Assembly (NCBI GenBank): GCA_963709345.1
Contig: CAVPVX010000002.1
Span: forward strand, 352,001 to 416,000
DNA length: 64,000 nucleotides
Reading direction: 5' to 3'
DNA from: an uncultured Actinomycetes bacterium
GTDB lineage: Bacteria; Actinomycetota; Thermoleophilia; UBA2241
Part shown: in pieces, positions 9,756 to 19,705 of the stretch
Layout: every line of letters starts with the position of its first letter
Position numbering within the stretch: position 1 is the first letter of the stretch
Notes under the pieces: model-generated
The model's input: only the letters and a program-made list of their open reading frames with translations
Databases searched by the model: none
Told to the model about the DNA's origin: nothing
Program-made: the position numbers and the translations under genes

Positions 9756-11503
9756 TGGAGCTTGCCCCGCAGCGACTCGTGCGCCAGCACGATGAGGCGC
9801 TGGGTGGCGCGGGTGGCTCCGATGTAGAACAGGTCGCGTTCGCGAGGCGTGCTCAGGTGCTCGATGTCCGTAAGCACGACGGCCCGCGACTCGAGGCCCT
9901 TGAAGCGGTGGACCGTGGTGAAGCGGGTCTTGCCCGAGTGGAGGTCGAAGACGGGGCCGTGTGGGCCTGAGTGGGCGAGCGGCGTGAGCAGGTCGCGCCA
10001 CGGCTGCTCGGTGAGGGCGGCCGCCACGCAAGCCGTGTCGTTACGCGTGCTGAGCACCATGACTCGGGGGCCCTTGAGGCCGGCGGCGCGGAGGTCTTCG
10101 AGCGCCGCGCACAGCAGTTCCTGCTGCTGCTCGGCGCACTCCCAGAAGCGCACCTCCGGCCGGTCGCCCTCGTCGTCGTCCGCGCGCAGTACCTTGACGT
10201 AGCCGTCGGCGATACCGCCGCCGGCGCAGGCCAGCGCGGCCACCGCCGGGGAGTTGCGGCAGTTCTCGTCGAGCTCGAAGACCGCGCAGCCGCCGCCCTG
10301 GTCGCAGCAGAACCCGTCGAGGTCGACGGAGTCGTCGTAGATCGCCTGATGGAAGAAGTCGCCGAAGAGGCGCCAGCGGCCCGCGGTCAGGCCGCCGTCC
10401 AGGGTCAGGTCGAGGACGTCGAGGAACTGCGTGCGCAGCACGTCCTGGGCCTCGTCGACGATGAGCTCGTCGTAGGCGTTGGGGCGGTCGATCAGGCCGT
10501 CGCAGGCCAGCTGCGGCAGCTCGACGTCCCAGAAGTCCCCGCCGCCGCCGAGCCTGGACGACCCGGCGGGGATGCCGGCGGCGCGGACCATGTGGTCGGA
10601 GATCGTCGTCGCGTCGGCGACGCCGGCGACCTGCTCGCGCAGCCACTCGGCCAGCGCCCGGTTGAAGCAGAGCATGAGCACGCGGCGCCCGGCGGCGTGG
10701 CCGCGCCGCGCCGCCTCCAGCGCCAGCAGCGTCTTGCCCGTGCCGGCCGGGCCGTCGAAGACGACGCGCGGCATGCGCCGCATGGCGTCCAGCGCGTCGA
10801 ACTGCAGCTCGGTGTAGTGGAGGATCTCGTCGTCGATGCGCCGGGCGCGATCCTTGGGACTCTCGAAGTACTCGAAGTCGGGGCGCAGGATGCGGACGAT
10901 CTCGTCGCACTGCTCCTGCGTCGGCTCGCCGGCGGCCGGGTCGAACCAGGCCTTGCGCAGCCCGGCGGCGCGCTCCCGCGCCTGGCGCAGAGCCGAGGCG
11001 ATGCAGTCGGCTATCGGACGCTGCCCCAGCCTCACCTTGTCGACGACCTGCCAGGAGTGCCACTCCTCGCTCTCGTCGGTGAACTCGATGAACGGGAAGC
11101 AGACGGCGGACTGGAAGAGGACGCCCTCAAGGTGCGGACGGTGCTTGACGAGGCGCTCGCGCAGGCTGTGCATCGCCTCCGCGGCCTGCTTGAAGGGCCC
11201 GCGCGGATCGCCTGCGGCGTCCGCGCCGTAGTGCCACAGCCCATGCTCGCGCTTCAGCCTGTGGCACCCCTTCACCTCGAGGACGAGCACGCCCAGCCCG
11301 GGCGCGACGACGACGAAGTCGGCCTCGCCCTCCATCTGCCTGAGGTGGTGGGCGATGTCCTGGGAATGGAGTGCGGTCCAGCCGGCGGCGGCGCCCTCCG
11401 CCCCGGCCCCGGCCTCCGCCGAATCCGCGCCGAGCAGCTCAAAGACAAGCCTCTCGCCGTCGCTCGGCGTGTCGGGCGGGATGGTCGGCGGGATCAGCTG
11501 CAT
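9752..11503 (-). CDS. NERD nuclease domain fused to an SF1 (UvrD-like) helicase
   Basis: GEADFVVVAPGLGVLVLEVKG (NERD); GPAGTGKT, LIVDEAQD, LDENCRNS, TVHRFKGLE, YIGATRA. Confidence 0.88.
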   Translation of the reverse strand: MQLIPPTIPPDTPSDGERLVFELLGADSAEAGAGAEGAAAGWTALHSQDIAHHLRQMEGEADFVVVAPGLGVLVLEVKGCHRLKREHGLWHYGADAAGDPRGPFKQAAEAMHSLRERLVKHRPHLEGVLFQSAVCFPFIEFTDESEEWHSWQVVDKVRLGQRPIADCIASALRQARERAAGLRKAWFDPAAGEPTQEQCDEIVRILRPDFEYFESPKDRARRIDDEILHYTELQFDALDAMRRMPRVVFDGPAGTGKTLLALEAARRGHAAGRRVLMLCFNRALAEWLREQVAGVADATTISDHMVRAAGIPAGSSRLGGGGDFWDVELPQLACDGLIDRPNAYDELIVDEAQDVLRTQFLDVLDLTLDGGLTAGRWRLFGDFFHQAIYDDSVDLDGFCCDQGGGCAVFELDENCRNSPAVAALACAGGGIADGYVKVLRADDDEGDRPEVRFWECAEQQQELLCAALEDLRAAGLKGPRVMVLSTRNDTACVAAALTEQPWRDLLTPLAHSGPHGPVFDLHSGKTRFTTVHRFKGLESRAVVLTDIEHLSTPRERDLFYIGATRATQRLIVLAHESLRGKLQ

Positions 11504-11726
11504 CGTCCGTCCCTGTTCGGCGGCGGCCGGCCGGGCACCTGCGGCGGTCGTCGACTGGCGGAGCACCTCTCACGCGCCTGGGCAATGGTCCGCTGCACCT
11601 CGCCGTCGTCGCCCGCGCTTGGGCGATCCCGGCAGTCCGGAATCCCGTGACTGGCCCAGCGCACAGCCGCTGGTCGCCCGCGGCATCGACACGCGCAGAC
11701 GGTCGCTCGGTCTATCGCCTTCGCGC

Positions 11727-11830
11727 TCAGAGAGACCTCACGCGGAAGCCCCACCTGAGCCGCCGGTACACCTCGTCGTCGTTGCGCTTGCCGATCGCGA
11801 CGATGCGCATGACGCAGCGGCAGCTCACCG
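11727..11830 (-). pseudogene. Possible C-terminal relic of a RelE/ParE-type toxin
   Basis: VMRIVAIGKRNDDEVYRRL resembles RelE C-termini; the N-terminal part is absent. Confidence 0.35.
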
Positions 11831-11905
11831 CCGATTCCCCGGACCGCTCCACCTGGTCGGACGACATCCCCATCGGCCGTGCGCGATCGAAGTCACCGCC
11901 GGCCG

Positions 11906-12292
11906 TCATCCCCCGAGCAGCGCCACCAGCTTCTCCACCGATAGGAGGCCGTTGTCGAAGACGAACTCCTGCCCGTCGGCGAGCGTCACGGCGACCTGCT
12001 TCATGTGGTGGACGCGCCGCTTCTCGACGGACTGCACGTCGCCCCGTGGGATGCTCAGGCTCTCGCCGTCCCAGTAGTTCCTCCCGACGAGGGTGCGGGA
12101 GGTGAGCGCGCCGGCGATGCCCTTCGCCGAGAAGTCGTCCCGGGGGAAGAACCCGGCCCTAAGCGGCTCGTAGAGGATGCGCCGGTCCGTGACCAGCAGC
12201 TTGCCCGCGTACTTGCCTCCGGAGGGCGGCAGATAGTGGATCGTCCAGTGACCGAGCTCCTGCTCGCCCGGTTCGAGGTCGAGCTTCGCCAT
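11906..12292 (-). CDS. Hypothetical PH/GRAM-like domain protein
   Basis: GGAGGAG RBS; GKLLVTDRRILYEP...LSIPRGDVQSVEK. Confidence 0.65.
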   Translation of the reverse strand: MAKLDLEPGEQELGHWTIHYLPPSGGKYAGKLLVTDRRILYEPLRAGFFPRDDFSAKGIAGALTSRTLVGRNYWDGESLSIPRGDVQSVEKRRVHHMKQVAVTLADGQEFVFDNGLLSVEKLVALLGG

Positions 12293-12462
12293 AGGCCTTC
12301 TCCTCCCGACGTCTCCCCGCCTCACTGCCCGTACGCCCGAGTGTACCGGGTGGTTCACCCCGCCGGTAGACCTCGATGTGTCCCCCGGCGTGCGATCCTC
12401 CGTCCGAGCCGTCCCGCATACTGATGGGCACACTCTCGGACCCCGGAGGAGGCGCGAGCGCG

Positions 12463-13404
12463 ATGCCGTTCGAGTTCAGACCCTATCCCGAGTTCGCCTG
12501 GTCGATCAGCCGGCAGCGCAAGCTCGACCAGTGCCCGCGCGCCTACTTCTACACGTACTACCTCGGCTGGAACGGCTGGATGGACGACGCCCCGGCGGGG
12601 ACTCGTGTGGCGTACCGCCTCAGCAAGCTCACCTCGCTGGACGCGCTGCTCGGGCAGCAGATCGACGCGCGGGCACGCGAGCTCGAGACCGCCGCACGCG
12701 CCCGCCGGCCCCTGCCCGCTCCGGAAGACCTCGAGGCCCGCGCGCGCGGCGCCCTGCGCCAGGCCTGGACGCGCTCGCTGAACGGCCGGGTCGCCTTCGA
12801 GAGCCGGCCGAGCAAGGTCGTCATGCTGCGCTCCATCTACCTCGACCAGGACACGCAGCCCGAGACGGACCGGCTGAACGAGAAGGCCGGCCCGGCCATG
12901 CGCGGCCTGCTGGCCACCTCCCACTGGGAGCGCCTGCGCACGTGTGGCGACGAGGGCCGCGTCGAGGTCCCCGCGTTCGCGAGCTTCCCGCACGACGGCA
13001 TCAAGGTCTTCGCGGCGCCGGACCTCGCCTACGTCCAAGAGGGCTTCTTGCACGTCGTCGACTGGAAGACGGGGCGCGAGGGCGACTCCGACCCCACGCA
13101 GGTCCTGTTGCAGATGTGGTGGGCGCTCAAGACCTACCCCGATCTGGCGGGGGAGGCCGCGGAGGGCAGACTCGCCGTCCGCGGCCACCTCGAGTACGTG
13201 ACCGCCGGCCGCACCCTGCCGGTCGAGGCAACGCCGGGCTTCCGCGAGCGGGCCGCCGACGTCGTGCGCGCCGGCGTCGCCGAGATGCGCGCCCTGCAGG
13301 CCGACCCGGAGCAGAACATCCCACTCCAGGTGGCCGCCTTCGAGCGCCGGGAGGGCGGGCTGTGCCGCACCTGCGGCTTCCTGCCCATCTGCGCCGATCG
13401 CTGA
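12463..13404 (+). CDS. PD-(D/E)XK nuclease family protein (RecB/Cas4-like)
   Basis: WSISR..DQCPRAYFY, APDLAY...VVDWKTG, C-terminal CRTCGFLPIC (split 4-Cys Fe-S-type motif). Confidence 0.85.
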   Translation: MPFEFRPYPEFAWSISRQRKLDQCPRAYFYTYYLGWNGWMDDAPAGTRVAYRLSKLTSLDALLGQQIDARARELETAARARRPLPAPEDLEARARGALRQAWTRSLNGRVAFESRPSKVVMLRSIYLDQDTQPETDRLNEKAGPAMRGLLATSHWERLRTCGDEGRVEVPAFASFPHDGIKVFAAPDLAYVQEGFLHVVDWKTGREGDSDPTQVLLQMWWALKTYPDLAGEAAEGRLAVRGHLEYVTAGRTLPVEATPGFRERAADVVRAGVAEMRALQADPEQNIPLQVAAFERREGGLCRTCGFLPICADR

Positions 13405-13429
13405 CCGCCACAGGGACGCGACCACTCAC

Positions 13430-13738
13430 CGAGTACGACCCGAGGGGCGTTGTCTCTGAGTGTTCGCCCTCGACACCGGCCCGGGCGGGACCTCGTTCGA
13501 GGATTTCACCGACCTCGCTGTGTCGTACACGGTCGCCGGGGCCATCGCCGCCCAGCTCACCGTGCCGGGCGCCTGGCAAGACAGGATCGTGGCGGTCGCC
13601 GGCGACGCTTTCGGCGGTGTCTACGCCACCGGCGTCGACCACAAGGCAGCCGCCAAGACCGCGATCCTGACAGTACGCGGCTCGGTGCTCACCGACGGCG
13701 GCCTCGTTGGCCTGTGGGCGCCGTGGTTCGTCTACTGA
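13430..13738 (+). pseudogene. Internally deleted 3' fragment of a third beta-propeller paralogue
   Basis: VFALDTGPGG...DLAVSYTV...LTVPGAWQD...FGGVYATG...KTAILTVRGSVL closely matches the C-terminus of 14243-15670 but lacks about 23 aa. Confidence 0.8.
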
Positions 13739-13847
13739 TGTGGGAAAGGCCACGGCGATCCGACCCTCAAGAGCATCGCCGAGCCGGCGCGCGCTGGGCG
13801 CGGCGTTGTGCGCCTCGCCGACCTGCGGCCGGCCGCAGGTCGCCTCC

Positions 13848-14060
13848 TCAGCAGCTGAACAGCCAGACGACGAGGAAGAGGACCGCGACCACGCCCACCA
13901 CCCACGTGAAGCACGAGAGGCAGTCGCTGAACAGCGAGCCGACAAGGCGCACGGTGACGTCGACCGGCTCCTGCGGTTGCCGGCCGAGGCGGTGCCCGCA
14001 GGCGCCGCAGAAGGCGGCGCCCTCCGGGCACTCGACGCCGCACGCTTCGCACCTTGCCAC
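13848..14060 (-). CDS. Zinc-ribbon protein with C-terminal TM helix
   Basis: CEACGVECPEGAAFCGACG plus a hydrophobic tail; GTG start after AAGGGG. Confidence 0.7.
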   Translation of the reverse strand: MARCEACGVECPEGAAFCGACGHRLGRQPQEPVDVTVRLVGSLFSDCLSCFTWVVGVVAVLFLVVWLFSC

Positions 14061-14242
14061 CTTCGTCCCCTTCCCCGAGTCACAGGCCGCCCTTGCAGCA
14101 TAGCCCCGGGAGCGGACGGCTCCGCGGATCGGGTCGTGTGCAGCGGGACTCCAACGGTTTCGAGACTTGGCGAAGAGCGGCGAAGCGTCCGATGATGCAG
14201 TCAATATACTGGCCTTGGGACGCCAGACACGAAGGAGGAGCC

Positions 14243-15670
14243 ATGGGACCTCTGACGCGCGCTCACCTTCGACCACGCCGACGCCGGCGCCTGCGCGCCG
14301 CCGTCGCCGCCGGTGTCCTTCTGTTGTTCGTACTCGGCGCCGCCGGCCCGGCATGGGCCGCCGGCGCCAAAGGTCCGCATCGCATCATCTTCGATCTCGC
14401 CGCGGAACCTTCTTGGAACCATGAGTTCTTCAGTCCGGGCGCCTGGACCGACTCCGCCGAGGACGTCGTGATGGCCAAGGGCGGCGTCACCTACGTGACC
14501 GGGACGATGTTCAACGCCGCCGGGAACCCCGACCTCAGCCTGATGAAGCTGGTCGACGGCGTCCCGGCGTGGCCGGCGCCGAAGCTCTACGACGGCCCGT
14601 ACCACGGCACGGAGACGGGCAGAGACATCGCCCTCGGACCGGGCAACGCCATCTACACAGCGGGCGTGTCCACCGGCGCGAGCGGCATGCTCGACATCCT
14701 CGTCGTCAAGTGGTCCTCCGCCGGCGTGGTGAAGTGGGCCAGGCGCTACGACGGGCCCGCCCACGGCATGGACATCGCCACGTCGATAGCCGTTGACTCC
14801 GCCGGCAACGTGATCGTCGGCGGCGAGGCCGGGAACGTCGGCGGCGGCGACTGGGTCGTCGTGAGCTGGTCGTCCTCCGGCGCCAAACGCTGGACCTCGC
14901 GGTACGGCTCCAGCGCGGCCCACGAGATGGCCCCCCTGAGCCTCGTGGTCGCCAAAGATCGCAGCGTCTACGCCTGCGGGGTCAGGGCGGTCATTCCAGA
15001 TGCCGCCGCGATGATCGTGAGGTACTCGCGCTCGGGCAAGGTCCTGTGGAAGAAGACCTACAAGGGGCCCTCGGGCATCAATGCCATCGTGTGGGCGGGC
15101 GTCGCCCGCCCCGGCGGAGGAGTCTACGTCTGCGGGACCACGACCTCCACCGCCACCGACGCGGACGGGCTGGTGATGAGCTACACGCCGAAGGGCGCCC
15201 GCAAAGTGTTCGCCCTCGACACCGGGCCCGGCGGGGCCACCGAACAGGAGTTCAACGACCTGGCCGTGACCTCCACCGGTCAGGTGGTCGCCGCAGGCTC
15301 GACCAGGTCGGCCGGCAACCGGGATTGCCGCGCCGTGTCCTACACGGTCGACGGGACGATCGCCGGCCAGTTCACCCTGCCGGGTGCCTGGGAAGACGAG
15401 TTCGCGGCGGTCGCGACCGACAGCTTCGGCGGCTTCTACGCAACGGGCACCTACTACACCGCGTTCAACAAGACCGCGATCCTGACGGTACGCGGCTCGG
15501 TGCTCAACGGCGGCGGCGGCTTCTCCAGCCTGTGGGCGCCGGCCTTCGTCTCGATCGAGAACGAGCCCAACGCCATCGCCGTCCGGGGCTCGACCGCCTG
15601 TGTCGTCGGCAGGTGCAGTGAGGGACCGCTGCACGGCGTCGACCAGTTCGTGCTCGGCTACGTCTACTGA
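14243..15670 (+). CDS. Secreted beta-propeller repeat protein (SBBP-like), paralogue 1
   Basis: AAGGAGG RBS; Arg-rich signal peptide ending PAWA; repeats such as IAVDSAGNVIVGG and DILVVKWSSAGVVKWARRYDG. Confidence 0.8.
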   Translation: MGPLTRAHLRPRRRRRLRAAVAAGVLLLFVLGAAGPAWAAGAKGPHRIIFDLAAEPSWNHEFFSPGAWTDSAEDVVMAKGGVTYVTGTMFNAAGNPDLSLMKLVDGVPAWPAPKLYDGPYHGTETGRDIALGPGNAIYTAGVSTGASGMLDILVVKWSSAGVVKWARRYDGPAHGMDIATSIAVDSAGNVIVGGEAGNVGGGDWVVVSWSSSGAKRWTSRYGSSAAHEMAPLSLVVAKDRSVYACGVRAVIPDAAAMIVRYSRSGKVLWKKTYKGPSGINAIVWAGVARPGGGVYVCGTTTSTATDADGLVMSYTPKGARKVFALDTGPGGATEQEFNDLAVTSTGQVVAAGSTRSAGNRDCRAVSYTVDGTIAGQFTLPGAWEDEFAAVATDSFGGFYATGTYYTAFNKTAILTVRGSVLNGGGGFSSLWAPAFVSIENEPNAIAVRGSTACVVGRCSEGPLHGVDQFVLGYVY

Positions 15671-15683
15671 GGGGGGAGAAGCG

Positions 15684-17120
15684 ATGAGGTCCGCTTGCAG
15701 TTCGCATCCCAGACGGTCCCGGCGCCGGAGTCTACGCGCCGCCGCCGCCGTCGCCAGTGCCTTTCTGCTGTTCACCCTTGGAGTCGCCGGCCCCGCCTGG
15801 GCAGCCGGGGTCCAGGGTCCGCAGCGCGTCATCTTCGACCCGGTCGCAACGCCGTCGTGGACGCGGATGTTCCACAGTCCCGGCGCCGCGGAGGACGTGG
15901 CCTACGACGTGGTCATGGCCAAGGGCGATGTCACGTACGTCGCCGGAGCCCTGGGAGGCGGCGTGGGCGATTTCGACGCGAGCCTGATGAAGCTCCGCGA
16001 CGGCGTACCCGTCTGGCCGGCGCCGAAGACCTACGACGGCCCCGCCCACGGTGACGATCTGTTCGTCAGGATGGCTCTCGGTCCGGGAGGGACGATCTAC
16101 ACCGCCGGGGTCTCCGACGGCCCCGGTGGCCTGCCCGACATACTCGTGGTGAAGTGGTCCTCGAGCGGGGCCGTCCGGTGGGCGCGACGCTACGACCCCC
16201 CAAGCCACGGCGTAGACCAGGCCACCACGATGGTCGTGGACAAGTCCGGCAACGTGACCGTCGGAGGCATGGCGGTGACCGTCGGAGGCATCGACTGGGT
16301 GGTGGTGAGCTGGTCGGCGTCCGGCGCCAAGCGCTGGACGTCCCGATACACCAGCGCCTCGCCGCACCAGATGATGCCGACGGGTATGGTGGTCGCCGGC
16401 GATCGCAGCGTGTACGCGAGCGGGGTCTCGGCGACCTCTGGGAGCAACGCCGTGATGATCGTGAGGTACTCGCGCTCGGGCAAGGTCCTCTGGAAGAAGA
16501 CCTACAAGGGACCCTCGGGCCTCGGCGCCAGCGTCTGGGCATCCGTCGCGCGTCCGGGTGGAGGGGTGTACGTCTGCGGATCGACGCTCTCGGCGGCGAC
16601 CGCCTGGGACGGCCTGGTGATGGGTTACACCGCCAAGGGCGCACGCGACGTGTTCGCCCTCGACGCCGGCCCCGGCGGCGCCACCGACCAGGTGCTCCAC
16701 GACCTCGCCCTGGCCTCCACCGGGCAGGTCGTGGCCGTGGGCAGCAGCACGTCGCCCGGCCCCGGCAACTCGGACTGCCACGGCGTGTGGTATACGTCGG
16801 ACGGCACGATCGTCAACCAGTCGACGCTGCCGGGAGCCTGGCAAGACACGTTCGACGCAGTCGCCACCGACAGCTTCGGGGGCGTCTACATCACGGGCAC
16901 GTTCCACACCGCCGTCAACAGGACCGCCGTCGTGACGCTGCGCGGCTCGATGCTCACCGGCGGCGGCGGATTCGCGAGCCTGTGGACGCCGACCTTCGTC
17001 ACGGAGGACAACAGGCCCTACGCCATCGCCGTCCGAGGCTCGACAGCCTGCGTGGTCGGCGCGTGCAGCGAGGGGGCGGCGCAGGGCATCGACCAGCTGG
17101 TGCTGGGGTTCGTGTACTGA
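15684..17120 (+). CDS. Secreted beta-propeller repeat protein, paralogue 2
   Basis: Colinear with and highly similar to 14243-15670 (for example identical IVRYSRSGKVLWKKTYKGPSG). Confidence 0.8.
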   Translation: MRSACSSHPRRSRRRSLRAAAAVASAFLLFTLGVAGPAWAAGVQGPQRVIFDPVATPSWTRMFHSPGAAEDVAYDVVMAKGDVTYVAGALGGGVGDFDASLMKLRDGVPVWPAPKTYDGPAHGDDLFVRMALGPGGTIYTAGVSDGPGGLPDILVVKWSSSGAVRWARRYDPPSHGVDQATTMVVDKSGNVTVGGMAVTVGGIDWVVVSWSASGAKRWTSRYTSASPHQMMPTGMVVAGDRSVYASGVSATSGSNAVMIVRYSRSGKVLWKKTYKGPSGLGASVWASVARPGGGVYVCGSTLSAATAWDGLVMGYTAKGARDVFALDAGPGGATDQVLHDLALASTGQVVAVGSSTSPGPGNSDCHGVWYTSDGTIVNQSTLPGAWQDTFDAVATDSFGGVYITGTFHTAVNRTAVVTLRGSMLTGGGGFASLWTPTFVTEDNRPYAIAVRGSTACVVGACSEGAAQGIDQLVLGFVY

Positions 17121-17189
17121 ATCGTGGGCGGGCCGGGTGGGTGCTCCCCCCGGCCCGCTCCCCCGGCCCGCTCCCGCCGTGGCGAGGCC

Positions 17190-17395
17190 CCGGCACGCTC
17201 GCCGAAGCACTCCTCGAAGAGTCCGTCGTGCGTCCCGTCCTGCCTGAGGCTCGCCGGAGCCTCGTCGATCTCGGCCGGGAGCCGGCGGTCGTCGAGTCCT
17301 GTCGGCACGAGGAGCGCCCGGCCGCAGGAGAAGCAGGAGCCGGAGAAGTCCACCTCCGCGAGCTGCGCCGGCGTGATGGCGATCGCCGTCGACGA
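17190..17395 (-). pseudogene. Relic of a polar amino-acid ABC substrate-binding protein
   Basis: AIAITPAQLAEVDFS...GRALLV is joined directly to LPAEIDEAPASLRQDGTHDGLFEECFG; these are two normally distant SBP_bac_3 motifs. Confidence 0.45.
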
Positions 17396-17482
17396 CGGGC
17401 GCGACCCTCTTCCGTCCCGGGCGCCGCTATCGTAGGGCGGACCCCGCGCACGCACGGCTCCTCTCGACCAGGGAACGGCAGC

Positions 17483-17782
17483 ATGCGCTTCATGGAAGCC
17501 CTCGGGACGATCCTCGGCTACGTCGTCATGGCGATCTGGATCGTCGCGATCAGCATCCTCAACCTCTACGTCCTCGCCCGCTACGGCCTCTTCGTCTGGC
17601 TGTTCGTGATCCCCATCTCGCTATCGCTCGTCTGGGCGGCGTTCGGCCTCGGGGCGCTCCTCGCGACGAGCCTCGTGTCGGCGATCGCCAGAGGGGTGAA
17701 GGCACTCGTCGGCGGACGCGGCGGCGACGTGGACGACGGCGAGGCCGCGGGCGACGAGCCGCCGCGCGACGGTACTGCCTGA
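17483..17782 (+). CDS. Small integral membrane protein
   Basis: Two to three hydrophobic helices and an acidic tail. Confidence 0.6.
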   Translation: MRFMEALGTILGYVVMAIWIVAISILNLYVLARYGLFVWLFVIPISLSLVWAAFGLGALLATSLVSAIARGVKALVGGRGGDVDDGEAAGDEPPRDGTA

Positions 17783-17812
17783 CCCGCGCCGCGGCTCCGG
17801 CGCGCGGCCCCG

Positions 17813-18853
17813 TCACTCGTCCAGGAAGTCCATCACCACGTCCGCCAGCTTCTGCGGATCCTGGTACATGAGTCCGTGCCCGGCGCCGGGGATGCGCACC
17901 AGCTCGGCGCCGGGGACGACCGCCGCCATGATGGTCGCGTTCTGCGGCGGCACGATCACGTCCTCGGCGCCCGTGACGAAGAGCGCCGGGGCGGTGATGC
18001 TCTCGAGGCCGCTCCAGACGCCCTTCCACTCGCCGATGGCCCGGTCCTGAAGGCCTATCGCGGCAGTCGACATGCGCTCCGTCGGCATCGGGAAGCTCTC
18101 CGCGTAGGCCGGGTTCGCGCTGCGATACGCCGCCGGGAACAGCAGCGTGAGCAGTCGCATGCCCATCTCCTGCGGCGTGCCGGACGTGTCGGTCAGCACG
18201 GCCAGCGTCTTCCTGCTCATGGGCACAGCGTGCGCGCCACCGGGATCGCCGGCGTAGCTGACGAGCTTGCTCACGATCGCCGGGTAGCGCACGGCGAGGT
18301 CGAGGGCCACCATGCCACCCATCGACCACCCGAGGACGTCCATCGTGTCGTAGTCGAGCGCCTTGATCAGCCCGGCGGTGTCGTCGGCGAGTCGCGAGAA
18401 CTCGTAGGCGCCGCCGGGGTCGTCGGTCTCGCCCATGCCGCGATTGTCGAAGACGATCACCTCGCGCCCCTGCGCCAGCGCCTCGACGAACTGCGGCGAC
18501 CACAGGTCCATGGTCGCTGTGGAGCCCATGATCAGGAGCAGCGGCGTCGAGTCCGCGGCCGCGCCGAACGGGCCGATCGTGCGGTAGCCCACGTCGAGGT
18601 CGCCGACCTTGACGTGCTGTACCGGCGCCGCCTGCACGATGTTCGGGGCCGGCGAGGCCCCGCCCGCGGCCGGGCTCACCGCGGAACTCGCGGCACCACT
18701 ACCCGTACCACCCTCAGCACCACCGCACCCGGCGACCATCAGCGCCGGCGCGGCACCGGCGACGGCCGCCATCAGTACGACCGCGGCCGTCACGGCCACC
18801 GCCCGCGCACGCCCTGCCCGACCCGGTCCGACGGTTCTCGGTCTCATCATCAC
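17813..18853 (-). CDS. Alpha/beta hydrolase, probably a lipoprotein
   Basis: VAGC lipobox-like motif; FDNRGMG, GWSMGG nucleophile elbow, GAEDVIVP, GAGHG. Confidence 0.88.
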   Translation of the reverse strand: MMMRPRTVGPGRAGRARAVAVTAAVVLMAAVAGAAPALMVAGCGGAEGGTGSGAASSAVSPAAGGASPAPNIVQAAPVQHVKVGDLDVGYRTIGPFGAAADSTPLLLIMGSTATMDLWSPQFVEALAQGREVIVFDNRGMGETDDPGGAYEFSRLADDTAGLIKALDYDTMDVLGWSMGGMVALDLAVRYPAIVSKLVSYAGDPGGAHAVPMSRKTLAVLTDTSGTPQEMGMRLLTLLFPAAYRSANPAYAESFPMPTERMSTAAIGLQDRAIGEWKGVWSGLESITAPALFVTGAEDVIVPPQNATIMAAVVPGAELVRIPGAGHGLMYQDPQKLADVVMDFLDE

Positions 18854-18860
18854 GTCTCCC

Positions 18861-19331
18861 CTATGCCAGCAGCGCGTAGACGGCGAAGAACGCCATCATG
18901 ACCACGATCAGCAGCGTGAGCATGACGGCGCGCCACAGCCTCGCCGGCGAGCGTGTCTCATCGGTCAGATAGCGGTAGAGGTGCAGCATCGCCGCCTGGA
19001 AGAGGTACAGCGCGTAGCCGAGCAGCACGAGAGCCTGCGCCTTGACGCCGAAGTCGGCGAACACGGCCAGCAGCGCCATGGCGCCGAAGCCGAGGTTGGC
19101 GAATCCGACCTCCCACATCCAGTCCGGCCTGTCGGTCTCCCATCCCAGCCGCTTCGCGTCCTGCTTGTACAAGAAATAGTGGCGCACGAAGCCGAGCACC
19201 CCCTCGACGCCCACCGTCAGCACCGTCACGATCGCAAGCGCCTTCCCAGGATCGTCCCCGAGATAATAGAACCCGAGGAAGACGCCGACCGAGACCGCGA
19301 CATACCCCACCATGCTGATCCACTTGACCAT
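18861..19331 (-). CDS. Membrane protein (DUF6790-like)
   Basis: About five TM helices; WMWEVGFANLGFG motif; ends in TAG. Confidence 0.65.
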   Translation of the reverse strand: MVKWISMVGYVAVSVGVFLGFYYLGDDPGKALAIVTVLTVGVEGVLGFVRHYFLYKQDAKRLGWETDRPDWMWEVGFANLGFGAMALLAVFADFGVKAQALVLLGYALYLFQAAMLHLYRYLTDETRSPARLWRAVMLTLLIVVMMAFFAVYALLA

Positions 19332-19705
19332 GAGCGCCCCTCCACCTCGTTGCCCGAATGCGTGCGGAGGGCGCGTCGTTCCCCCGCACCCTCATGCCGC
19401 GTGATTCCCGCACGACATACGTCGACACCCCGTGCGGCTAACGTGAGTGATGAGGCCGATGGCTTCCACGCGTCGAGCAGGACGAGGCGGCAGGAGACGA
19501 GCAGGCCTGCCACCTCATCCTGCACGAGCACGCGTGCTTGAGCCCCGGCGGCCACTTGAGCATCACTGCCGACGACGATTCCCACTATCCGTACGGCCGA
19601 CTGAGGTACGGCCGGACATGGACGGATGACCCAAGGCCGCGCCCTCTCGGGCGGGCGGAGTATGCGTGGCGGCCATCGCCGTCATCGATCGGAGGAGAGA
19701 GGCCG

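Noticed and set aside
9300-11600. Complete diversity-generating retroelement
   Set aside because: No reverse transcriptase, accessory gene or AAC-rich template repeat was found; only the VR-like tail is present.
12463-13404. CRISPR-associated Cas4
   Set aside because: No repeat-spacer array or other cas genes in the window; it is a stand-alone PD-(D/E)XK nuclease.
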